A stretch of DNA of 64,000 nucleotides from the human T2T-CHM13v2.0 reference genome, Homo sapiens. The notes beneath the pieces were generated by a model. It had not been told where the DNA came from. It made no database searches and worked only from the letters and a program-made list of their open reading frames with translations. Position 1 is the stretch's first letter. Every line of letters begins with the position of its first letter. A program made the position numbers and the translations under genes. The stretch lies in the NCBI RefSeq assembly GCF_009914755.1, contig NC_060925.1; one strand, 5' to 3'. Of this stretch, positions 17,117 to 33,078 are shown in pieces.

Positions 17117-17324
17117 CTATTAAACATTTAATGAAAATATCTTGAAAGTTACCATGAACATATACCCCAAAAGTTTTTATCTTTAGTCAGTACAAGTGAA
17201 ATATTTATATAGTCACAATGACTCAATAAGTGATTATGATTTAAAAATTATGTGCTTGTTTTTCCCCCAAAACAATAGCAATTCTAGTTTAAAAAAGTAA
17301 AATGATGTCTTAATAATTTTAAAA

Positions 17325-17644
<320 letters not shown>

Positions 17645-17726
17645 TAAATTTTCAGAATTTATGGTAAACTATCCAAATTATTATTTAGTTTCTGGAACTG
17701 GAGAAGGTGATAAAAGTTGGTTCACA

Positions 17727-18337
<611 letters not shown>

Positions 18338-19387
18338 ATTGGTTCACAAAGGGTACTTTTTGTATTTTTCAAAGTGTGACTAAAATTGGCTAACAGTTCT
18401 CCAAACAGAGCTGAACAGTTTCACAAATAAGGCTGGAGAATACCTGAGTAATGGGCAGCTAAATAGAGTTACCAGGGATGACAGGACGCTATTGTTTCCT
18501 ACTCACTGTCCTCTCAGCCTCCATTTTCTGATATAAATGGACTTTAGTTTTGTGTTCTAAATCTAGAGCATGTATCCTGAACTGAGACAATAACTCTGCT
18601 TTCTAGGCAAGACCACTGTTTTCAGTGTCAGTAGGATACTTAATTTTGATGTATCTGTAGTAACAAGAGTCATAAAGGGTCTAGTATTTCTGGTTGTGGC
18701 TTGATTTGATTTAGAGGGTCTGGCTAGTCAAAGCCTAAATGAACAATTCTGAACAAGTAATTTATCATATTGGGCCTTAGTTTATGGAGTAGATGATCTT
18801 TAAGGTCCCTGTTAACTCTAAAATTCTGTAAGTCTGTGACTCCATAAGAAAATGCCTTGTCGCTATTTCACCCAGTTAACCCTATCTGCAAACTATAACT
18901 GCGTATTTTCTAGAAGTTTTCTTTTTGACTCTGTGCAAGTAATAAAAGATACTCGACTACTTTGAAAAAGTAACTTGGTCCTCTCTTGGATGAGGCTGGG
19001 TAAATTTGAATTAGTCTCCATTTCCAGGAAATATCTTACATCTTTTAATAGAAACCTTTCAGAAATCTTCTCAGGGTTGGTTTTGGGAATGGTGATGTCA
19101 TTCTGTGTACTTTAAAGAAATAACTTTTTATAAACTAAACAATATCCATGGGAGTACTTGAACAATTTTAGCTCTATGCTATTACCCCTGTAAATGAATA
19201 GTGGAATAAATAAGCACTGTATTATGGTGACCTTTAATATTGGGTAATTCTACTTTCTGGCATATCTTACTTTTTCTTTAACAATTGGGATACTATTTCC
19301 ATTCTCTGGGGATACCTCTTCCACCTTTGACGGTATTGTTGTTGCATTGCAAGGCAACTGAATTTTATATAATTTGTGTATGACCAG

Positions 19388-19438
19388 GTGAAGAAAACTT
19401 CTGTCCTACCCTCGGAAAGAAAGGTTGGTGGGCCAGAG
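19388..19438 (+). CDS. EPB41: EPB41 alternative exon 17A (51 nt, muscle-type): VKKTSVLPSERKVGGPE
   Basis: CAG acceptor 19385-19387, GAG|GTAAAG donor; 51 nt in frame, matching the known 17A size. Confidence 0.88.
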
Positions 19439-20236
19439 GTAAAGCTGCTGTTATGACTTGTGCTTCTCAATCAGAATTTGCTCTTGTCATGGCACTAAGC
19501 AGATAATCCCCCCAGAACTGAACAACAGCTGCTGAATACCTTTTTTTCTTTTGGCTATACTAGTAAATTCACACCCACAGCCTTTCGGCCTAACACATAA
19601 CACTTCCACTGCTGCAGCTTTTGCAGCTTTCGATTTGCTTATTTCGGCGCATGGCTGGTTGAAAAGCTGCATGAAGATATAAATATGTTTTCAGAGAGAA
19701 AATGAATTTAATTATACCCTATTCTTTTTATGTTGTCTTTCTTCTCCCACTTTATTTTCTTTCAAAAATCATCATAATTTTGCATCCTTTCTTTTCCTTT
19801 TTTTCTTTTTTGCTGACCAGTCCCCTAGCTACTTTCTCCCTGATACATATCACTTAGGGGTGTGCAAAGAACCAGTGTTGAACTTCCAAACTGATCAGAG
19901 AAGGCTAGCTCAACTGAGAGAACTTAGAGCCAAGTTTTTCCTTTCATAGATAACATCTGTCTTGACTATGGATAGCAGAGTACAGAAATTGCAGGGGGAA
20001 TAAAAACTTCTCAATTGGACAATTGGGGAGAAAAAACTTTCTTTAAAAGTGTCTAAAGCATTTGCTTAAAGTAATGTATAAACCTTCATGATGGTCATTA
20101 TTATTTATTTGTTTTGGTGAACCTTGGAGGGACATTATAAACTTTTATACTTTTTGTTTTTCTTTTGCAATCTTTAAAATGTATAAGATTAAGATTTTTT
20201 ATTTCTGGAGCAAAAACTAATTGCTATACTGAATGA

Positions 20237-20626
<390 letters not shown>

Positions 20627-21018
20627 AAAAATAACTTTTATGATGGCAAGGAGAATGCTTCATTATTGGCATTGCCCAATTAGTGATTGGCAGCACCAAA
20701 GTAATAGAAAATGACCTAAAATTCATATGTGAATATCCTCAAAGGAAGAATAAATAACATAGCAAGGGGAAAGCCAGTGATTCCTTGAACTTTCCGTTCT
20801 AATGTTCACTCACTCAAAAAGGTATCTATTGAGCACCCTATTGTGTTACAGAAACTTTGCCAGGATAAATTGCCAAAATAAAGTAAAGCTAAAATGAAGA
20901 GTGTCTAAAAGATACTTCCAAATCCTTTGCACATCCCCAAGTATCATTTTTGAGCATTTTCCATCTGTCATTTTGTTCATCTTATTCTGTCTTTCTTGAT
21001 CTTCTACTGTGAAAGCAG

Positions 21019-21270
21019 ACACAGGAACGTGCTCTGTTAGTACAGGATGAAGAGAAAATTAAAAGGCAAGAAAGATCTACTGAAAGAGCCTTGCCCCAGC
21101 AAGAAAATGAAGAAATTCTTCCCAAGGTTTCTATTCCAATCCCTGAGGATCACAAGTCTCTCAAAAAGTGCCACCTCTACTTTAGTACTTTTCCATCTCC
21201 TCGTATTCCTTTCATGATGTCTTTTCTCGTGATCCTTGTGTTGGCTGTTTGGTGGTTGGTCTTTCTGTGA
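21019..21270 (+). CDS. EPB41: Candidate alternative terminal exon of EPB41 encoding 83 aa that end in a transmembrane tail anchor
   Basis: 59-nt AG-free pyrimidine-rich tract, AAG/CAG acceptor, phase-0 ORF TQERALLVQ...IPFMMSFLVILVLAVWWLVFL-stop; in-frame TGA immediately upstream of the acceptor. Confidence 0.6.
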   Translation, partial: TQERALLVQDEEKIKRQERSTERALPQQENEEILPKVSIPIPEDHKSLKKCHLYFSTFPSPRIPFMMSFLVILVLAVWWLVFL

Positions 21271-23443
21271 TCAGAAAACAGGGTGCTCATCTGAAATGTC
21301 AAGACCATTGAACTTCTGTCCTTGGCTTCAACTGTGTTATTGCTGTATGATGCCCTCTGATCTTGATAGTTCACTATCCTAGGGGAGCTCTTGTGATCAT
21401 TTTTCTGTCAAATGTTACTCTTTGTAGAGTATGTATTGTGGGGTACAAAGGAGTAGCAATGGACTGCCCAAAGCCAGCTTTTCTGCATTGAAGTTTAACA
21501 AATTTAAACAAATCAGAATTAAGCATATGGCAGGTTGGTAATCTTCCCAAAAGCTTTAACTCTTTTATCCTGCATGTTTACTGTTTACTATTGTTATGTC
21601 TTCCTATCCAATATCTCACACAAACCAGGATACTCTCTAGATACATTTGATGGAATATTTTCCTAATCCTCTATAGTCATTTGTTTGGCATGGGCTTCAT
21701 AGTTTAAGAAAAAATTTCAACTCGCTAACCTTTCAGAAGCCTTAAAATGATAACGTTTTAATCTACAAATCCATAACCACTCCTTTTCTTAGGATATCAA
21801 ACCAGTATAAACAAAAGTCTTTTCTGGAAAAGGGCTTTTGACTTCTGTGGCCTTTTTATGAGTATTTCTGAGCTGTACAGGGACAGACAACTTTTTCCTG
21901 CCTGGTGTATAGAAGAGATCTTCAAAGATTAAATGCCATCTTTTCACAAGTAGAGTGTTGATATGGTTTAAGGAAAATGGTGCTGGTGCCCCTTAGCCTC
22001 CAGCCAGGACTGAAATTCTCAGACTACTCTACCTATCCTTAAAAGTCTGGAACACAGATTTACTCAAGATCTGTACATAAACCCTTCTCTGAATTAAGAT
22101 ACTGTGTTACTTCTTTATGGCTTTACTAATTATATTGCTAGCAGCAATAGTTAGCCATTGCTAAGCTTAAAATATATATTGATATACTTTGTTTTCCTGA
22201 TATACTTCAGACCTGTTTGTTCGTGTACTTGTGTTGAAATCAATTGTTTTTAATCAATGGCTTTGTGACCTCAAGTTCACTTGTGACAAGTATGTGTCCT
22301 CTGTTTGCATGTTGACTTCTAAGACTTACCTGAAGTAAATGTGGGCACTCTCTCTCTCTTCAGGACAACTCACATGCCTAACCTGTTATTTTTTACCTCA
22401 ATATTGAAGAAACCTTGCATGTAGCTTGCTTTTTATGGCACTTGAATGTACCAATATGGATGATTTGGTTAATGTCTCAAATATTTGTTTTGAAATCTGA
22501 GTTTATAGGGTTATCAAACTAAGATTATTATACTTTGTTTTACTTCTCAATGCTTTTCAGTTGATGAAACTTCTAAACAAGACTTTTTGTTTTTGAGAAG
22601 ATGGCCTCTTAGAGCAAAAAAAGAGAACAGTAAAGACAAGAATCTTTTGTCCTTCAACATCTACCAATATTGTTCTCTTGTCTCTGGAGACATGTAGAAA
22701 TAATTATCTGTTATTTCCTGAAAACTGCTACGCTGTCATTATAGGCTTTCCCAAGAAATGGAAAAAGAAGCAAGGACCAGGTTAAAATTTAAAATTTGGT
22801 GTGCGTATATATCTTTTATGTCACAGGCTATGTCTATTTATAATATATATTTTGTAAATAAGTATATTTATTGATTCACTCATAATAAGAGGGACCTGAA
22901 ATATTACAAAGCTGTTCTCTACCACAGAAAGTAATAATCATGAGTACTCTCTTTTATCTGGGAAATAAAGATACAAGAGTTTCCCTTAATGAAATAACAA
23001 ATTGGACTATAGAATTGGTTAGATTATTTTAAATCTTTTTTTAAGGAATTAAAAGGAAATAATCAGAACTTTATTTATACTTTTATAACTGTTTCAGATT
23101 ATAATTCCTGAATTTCCAGTTTTCATCCTTATACACAGCTTTTTATTAATTACTATTGTAAACTTCACCCTGAATTTTATTTCTCTTTGTATTGGAGTTA
23201 TTCCAAGTCCATTAAAAGTCTAAGCCAATGATACTTTTCAGTTTTCTGAAATGCAGCAAGAGTCCTCGGAGATCTTTATTGAGAGTCAAAGGAGAGGCCA
23301 TTTCTTCTATCAATAGGGTAAGAATGATTAAGAGGAGAATGGCCAAGCCCTTGTATTGGATGAAGCTGACCAATGCAGACTCAAAAGATACCATCACAAT
23401 TATCAGAGGAAAAATATTGGGCATTCCAGCTTTGTATTACCTA

Positions 23444-23854
<411 letters not shown>

Positions 23855-24636
23855 TTACCCTGATTCAGCTTCTTAATGGCAAGCTGATAAATAAAAAATA
23901 ATTTGGAGTAAAGGTATCAATACAGACCAGTATAATATTTTGGGTTTTTGCTTTGGTTTTGTCATTATTCATTTCTAGGGTGACTCTGAGAGGTTCACTT
24001 AACTACTTGGTGCCCAGATTTCCACCTAGTAATGTGGAGACAAACCTACTTCATGAGAATGAATACGTAATAAATTCCAGGAACCAGAGACCCTGGTTGT
24101 CGTTCAATTCTTGGTCTTTTGGGAGCTGGGAAGATGAAAATTTAAAAACACAAAAACATACATTAACTTCTTTTTATTTTGAAAGTAAGTCGTTAAATAG
24201 CTGTTTATTTCCATCTACTCCTTATTGATATTTGACCACTTTACTAATTTTCCAAATTTATCCTTCTCTTAATAAATTCATCTTATCCAAATGGTATGAT
24301 TAGAGTGGATCATACTTGAAAATAAACCAAGCATCTATATTTTGGGCCTCTCTTTCAGCCAGTTTCTTTCATGCTAACACTTGCAATATGAAGGGAATTG
24401 TTTGCATGGGTCAAGTTTTCTACTTATTTACATCTTCAGTAAGAGTTTTGAAGGGAAAAGATGCTGACTCTGTTGATTAAGATTAGACTGGATATTATAC
24501 ATGGAATAGATTTCCAGTTGGCATCCTAGGACCTGGTACATTTCTTTCTATTAAATATTATAAATTTTACTCTGAAACTTCTTTGGATATAATAACCCAA
24601 TTCACTTTCTCCTAGTTTCCTAAGTCACTTCTGTAA

Positions 24637-24684
24637 TACTTCTTATAGATAAGCCTGTAGTACTTCCTATAGATAAGCCTATAG
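24637..24684. repeat. 24-bp tandem duplication
   Basis: TACTTCTTATAGATAAGCCTGTAG / TACTTCCTATAGATAAGCCTATAG (22/24 identical). Confidence 0.9.
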
Positions 24685-25531
24685 GACACATGAGGCATTA
24701 GAGATCTAATTAATTTTAAGAAGGTATTATGGAGCAGAAATTACACTTGTGCTTTACCCAGTGATCATGTATTTACAAAAGGAAAACAGGGCAAAATTAA
24801 TATGAGACATGGTCTCATTGTTGCTTTTATTTTTTCGGCAAGGGTTTTGAATACAGTAAAGACATACAAAATTTGTTGACAGAGTTGCCTTCCCTTATAT
24901 TCCTCTTCACAGGAATTATAAAATCCCAAACTATAGCATTCTCTGCAGCTTTGAAAAAGACTATTATATTGTTTTTATTATACATAGAAACTTCACTTTT
25001 TTTTCATATACTCAAATTACACCGTTTGTAATATTGGTACTAGAAACTACAACAACTTCTTATTAATCTGTTTTGTGTGGCATGTAGCATTACCATATCT
25101 GCTTCCTCTACACTTTAGTGGATAGTATTAATAGGCCACTCTCATTTCTGAAGCTGTTACTCCTCATGCCTTAGTATCTCCTTTTACTGTAGCAGAATAT
25201 GACACAAAAAGAAACACATTGGTGCAGATCTATGAAAGCATACCTGAAATGGTTAAGAAGGTATGGGATTAGAGTTAGGAAGCCATACAAAGTTAGGCTA
25301 GAGGAAGAGCAGTGGCTATGATCAACAATTATAAATTCATGGAGGATTCCTTTTGGTAAACAAAACTCCTATCATCCTAGAACTTGAAAGACAAAAGGAA
25401 GATAAAGTAGTTTGTTCCCACATATCAGAAATGCAGGCTAAAAGCCAAATAACTTGAATAATAGCCTAACTAAATGTATAGATAACATTGTGGAGAAAAC
25501 ACACTTTAGGAATTTTAAAAATCTTTTGTGT

Positions 25532-26174
<643 letters not shown>

Positions 26175-27416
26175 TTAACATAGAATCCTGTTTTGGGTAA
26201 ATGATAGAATAACTCTGACATTTGAAAGATTGAAAGGTAGGGGAAGGCATAGAGTCTCAACTATCTTTTCTTGTCTCAAAATCAACAAAGGCAGGTGAGC
26301 CTCTCATTTTCTTATCTACTACCTCTTCAAAGAAAAGTCTTCATATTTATAAGATCCTATCTCAATAAAACACATAGAAAAATATTTAAGGGGATAACAT
26401 GGCCACCATTCATTTTATTTATTTATTTAATTTGTCACCCACCAGCAAAGTACTCTATTATATATTACAAGGATGCAAAGAGTCAGCATTATCAGAATTT
26501 TAGGGATTGGATAGGATCCTAATTCAATTCCTCTCTCTTCCAGTGCTTGACTCTTCTCTGCAATATCATTTAGAGATTTGGAGGCCAGTGTTGCAGTCTT
26601 TGTTTCAATATCTCCTGAGATAACATATTACATCTTTGGACAGCTCTGAGTTTGTATATAAATCATTCATATATTAAGTGAAAATCTGTTTCCCTGTAGC
26701 TTTCACTCACTGATCCTGAACAGAGGCATTTTAAAGAATTTTCTATCTTTTTCCACATTACTTCTTCACATACTTAAAGGTAACTCTCATGTTGAAACTA
26801 GTCACTATTCTTACCCTCAGACAAGTTACCATCTGCTATTCAGATCTATTCCAGTCTTCCTCCTAGCATGTCATCCTCCTTTCTTCTTTTCTAACTTCCC
26901 TTGTTTTAACAGCTTTTTCTTTCTGGCTGTGTTGCCCACTGTGGATTATTCCGCTTTATGTCCCTATAAATTGACATTCTCTCTCCAAAAAATTTTGAAA
27001 TTTCTGGCTGTCCCAGCTTCTTCATAGATAACTTAGGCTTTGGAATTTTTTTAGATAAAAGAGTAGAGGTGGGATAGTTTTCTAGCTTTGAGAGTTTCAT
27101 GTAGCCCAGAATCTGTTGATAAGATAGTATCAGTGTTATATTTTGAGGAAGCACACTACCAAAGCCTGCATTCTAAGTTTGCTTTCCTTCTGTGACAGTC
27201 TGAGTAACCTTTACATACTGGAGTTGTCCCCAAGTGATTCAGTTTATACCAGTGTGATGATAAAATTATGGAAATGTACTTTCTGCTTAACATTCTGATT
27301 ATGATTTATATCCCACCAGAAAAAGTGATAATAAATATTTGAAGTGTTGTTAATACATCTCTTTTGTGCCTTTCTCCTCAAAACTATGAGATTCTCAGAG
27401 GTAAGAGGCTCTTTAG

Positions 27417-27583
27417 GCCAAGCACGGTGGCTCATGCCTGTAGTCCCACTTACTGAAGAGGTTGAGGCAGGGGATTGCTTGAGCCCGGGAGCTCAAGGCT
27501 GCAGTGAGCCATGATCACACAACTTCTCTCCAGCCTGGGCGACACAGCATGACACTGTCTCTAAAAAAATTTTAAATAAAAAT
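27417..27583 (+). mobile_element. Alu monomer (FRAM-like)
   Basis: Single right-arm-type monomer with A-rich tail. Confidence 0.75.
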
Positions 27584-27943
27584 AGGCCTTGATTTTGCCA
27601 ATCTATAACCTTTGTATCCCATTTACCACATTGCCTTGAATATAACAAATAATATTTGTTTCACTGAATTAAATGATTAATCACAGGTGGCGATGGATAA
27701 ATAACTTTTCACATAGAATCTCTTGTACTGGCACATAAATTTGTGCCAAATTAATCACCTTATGCCCAATCATTATATGCAGGTAATCCAGAAAGCCTGT
27801 ATCCAGCCCAGAAGCCACTGTCTCTCTTGTTAATCCTGTAGTATGGTCCCTTGTTTATTCAAGGAATCTAGTATACCCTTATGGTAGGTGTCAGTTTCTA
27901 TTGTTAATGTCTTGTAACTTGGTTCAATTAAAAGCTCTTATCC

Positions 27944-28069
27944 AGCTGGCCTTGGTGGCACAAGCCTGTACTCCCAGCTACTCGGGAGGCTGAGGCAGGA
28001 GGATCACTTGAGCCTGGGAATTCCAGTCCAGCCTGGGCAACATAGCAAGACCCCATCTCAAAAAAAAAA
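27944..28069 (+). mobile_element. Alu monomer (FLAM)
   Basis: Left-arm monomer; TSD AAAAGCTCTTAT. Confidence 0.8.
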
Positions 28070-28310
28070 GCTCTTATGTATTTACCACAGGTAATAATGA
28101 GCTATTCTCACTCTAGAACATATTACTAAGAATAGGGTACACATCTGTATAAATAAAGTCATCTCGGATAAGTGTGATATCATAAAGGGAACATTTATGT
28201 TTATCTAAAATACATTGCAGAGAGCAATTTGACACTTTTTCTTGTGTTTTACGTGATATAGAAACATCAACTATATCAAACTCTTATGGGTTTTGATATA
28301 TTTGGAGTAT

Positions 28311-28932
28311 CAGGAGTAGGCAAACTTTTTCTGTAAAGTGCCAAATAATAAATATTTTAGGCTTTGCAGGCTATATGGTCTGTCACAACCACTCAGCTTT
28401 GCCATTGTAGAGTGAAAGTAGTATAGATAACACATAAAATGAATGTGATTATGCTCCAATCAAACTTTATTTATGGACACTGAAATTTAAATTTTGTATA
28501 ATTTTACATATTACTAAATATTATTCTATTAGTTTCCTAACCATTTTAAAATGTAAATACCATTCTTAGCTCATAGCAATAGAAAAATAAGGAGAGGGTG
28601 GCTGGGTGCAGTGGTTCACGCCTGTAATCCCAGCACTTTGGGAGGCCAAGATGGGCAGATCATTTAAGGTCAGGAGTTTGAGACCAGTTTAGCCAACATG
28701 GTGAAACCCTGTCTCTACTAAAATACAAAAATTAGCCAGGTATGGTGGCGCACGCCTATAATCTCAGCTATTCGGGAGACTGAGAACCGCCTGAACCTGG
28801 GAGGCAGACATTGCAGTGAGCCAAAATTGCACCACTGCACTCCAGCCTGGGTGAAAGAGCAAGATTCCGTCTCAAAAAAAAGAAAAAGAGGGGGTGAGAT
28901 TTGGCCTGCTGCTTATAGTTTGAGGACCCCTG
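28311..28932 (+). mobile_element. MER58 (hAT-Charlie) interrupted by an Alu (28599-28886, +)
   Basis: CAGGAGTAGGCAAACTTTTTCTGTAAAG start and TAGTTTGAGGACCCCTG end (TIRs). Confidence 0.8.
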
Positions 28933-29132
28933 GTACAGACCAGAAAAGTGGTTTATTATGTTTGCTGCCTTTGTACTGTTTTGGAGAATTGTAGTTGGGA
29001 TCTTAGCATCTTCACTCAATGTCAAAGTATTTTTTGTCTTTATTTATGATTAGAAATGGAAAACAAAAGATGAGACATTCATTTCTATTAAGCAGTCAGG
29101 GTACACCTGAACTGTAATCAAAAATACATACT

Positions 29133-29420
29133 GCTGGGCGTGATGGTTCATGCCTGTAATCCCAGCGCTTTGGGAGGCTGAGGCAGGAGGATCACTTGAG
29201 GCCAGAAGGATCACTTGGGTCCAGGAGCTCAAGACCCATCTCTACCAAAAAAAAATTAGCTGGGCATGATGGCATGCCTGTAGTCCCAGCTACACGGGAG
29301 CCTGAGGTAAGAGGATCATTTGAACCCAGGAGTTTGAGGTTGCACTGAGCTATAATCATGCCACTGTACTCCATCCTAAGCAAGAGCAAGACCCCGTCTC
29401 TACAAAAAATAAATAATAAA
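29133..29420 (+). mobile_element. AluJ
   Basis: J-type with small internal duplication (GGATCACTTG x2). Confidence 0.85.
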
Positions 29421-29652
29421 ATATGTACTGTAACCACCACAGCACCCCGTTTCTGCCAGTTTTCCAAATTGCATTGTGTTAACTGTGGTCTTATATTCAG
29501 TGATGATCCTAGATATCCCCTTCATTTGGTTTGTTTTAAGGATCTGCCTCCATTTCCCCCTAAAGAATAAAGAAACCACAATTCCCAAATTCACCTTTTC
29601 TTTAGCCAAGTTTTAGAGATATATAATGAACATGGTAAAGAAAGTAAAATGA

Positions 29653-29951
<299 letters not shown>

Positions 29952-30071
29952 AGAAAAATGATTTTTACTTTGAGCTTTTGGTATACTTTAGTGTTTTAAG
30001 CGCTGGTATAAATTTAAGATTGGGTATCTACAGAAAACGTCTTAGAAGTGTCCCTCTTTCTAATTATTACC

Positions 30072-31342
<1,271 letters not shown>

Positions 31343-32201
31343 TTTGCGGAAGTACTTTCTAATAAATCCCTATGCACATGTTTCTTTCATTTCCCTTGGC
31401 CAGGCTCCTTTTGCTCTAATACTTAGCTGAGTAAATTAATTATTCATTAACAATTCAGCATGATATTTAAGCCTAAGAAATCTTTAGTCCCTTTGGGACA
31501 TTTTCTTTGATATTTTTCTCACATTATTTGCTCTGTTAATGTGTAAACTTATGAATAAATCTTATTTATTGCAAATGTGATTCTGGTTGCTACTAATCAT
31601 TAAGGAAGTAGGAGTTAATAATGCTGTTCATAGACCTACTACCAAAAAAATCCAAATGAACCTCTGTTTTCAGCCGATCAGCAAGAGATTGCTGTCAGCT
31701 AGTCTTTCTCTTGTTTTTCCTTATATTCACTCTTCTCTGTGGCCCAATAATTAGTTGTCTTTTGCTTAGTCGTAAGACAGAGACAACCTACTGGTGTGCA
31801 TTCAGTTCTCAGAATGTTATTTTAAATCAGCTTTGAACTAATTTGACTATGCCAAGTTTTAAAAATAATTTTTTTCTAACCAATTTAATTAGTCACTACA
31901 ACAGATGTAGTTGTCACATCTGTTAGAAACATTTTAGTATGATGAATTTGTCTTTTATGGGCTTTTTAAAAGCACTGTACAAATTTGTAGTTAATAACTC
32001 TTCAGTATTGCCACTCTAATCTTACTGAAAAGTGAAGAATGGTGTGGGTGTGGGTATGTGGGTGTGAGGAGAGCTTGTTCCTGTAATGTGAAATCGACAG
32101 AAGGTATATCACTTTATCTCTTACTTCACCTTGGGTAAACCTTCTCTTAACTCTCACAGCTCTAGATTTTATTATATTATTCAGGTGATTATTTCAAACT
32201 A

Positions 32202-32516
<315 letters not shown>

Positions 32517-32695
32517 TCACATTTTAGAGTGGTCTATTTACTAGCTCAAAGTATGTACCTTGTGATCTAAGTAAAATAACTTTGTAGTATTTCTCCAAAG
32601 CCATGTTTCTTTTATGAGTTTGTTGAAAATGCTAACACAGAAAGCCATTTTCACTATTATACGATTTCTCAAGAAGATAAAACATAGCTAGTTAA

Positions 32696-33078
<383 letters not shown>

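Noticed and set aside
27361-27406. Pyrimidine tract + GAG|GTAAGA, possible recursive site or 10-nt exon
   Set aside because: Acceptors are GAG or would give a 2-nt exon; does not fit the YAG|GT recursive consensus
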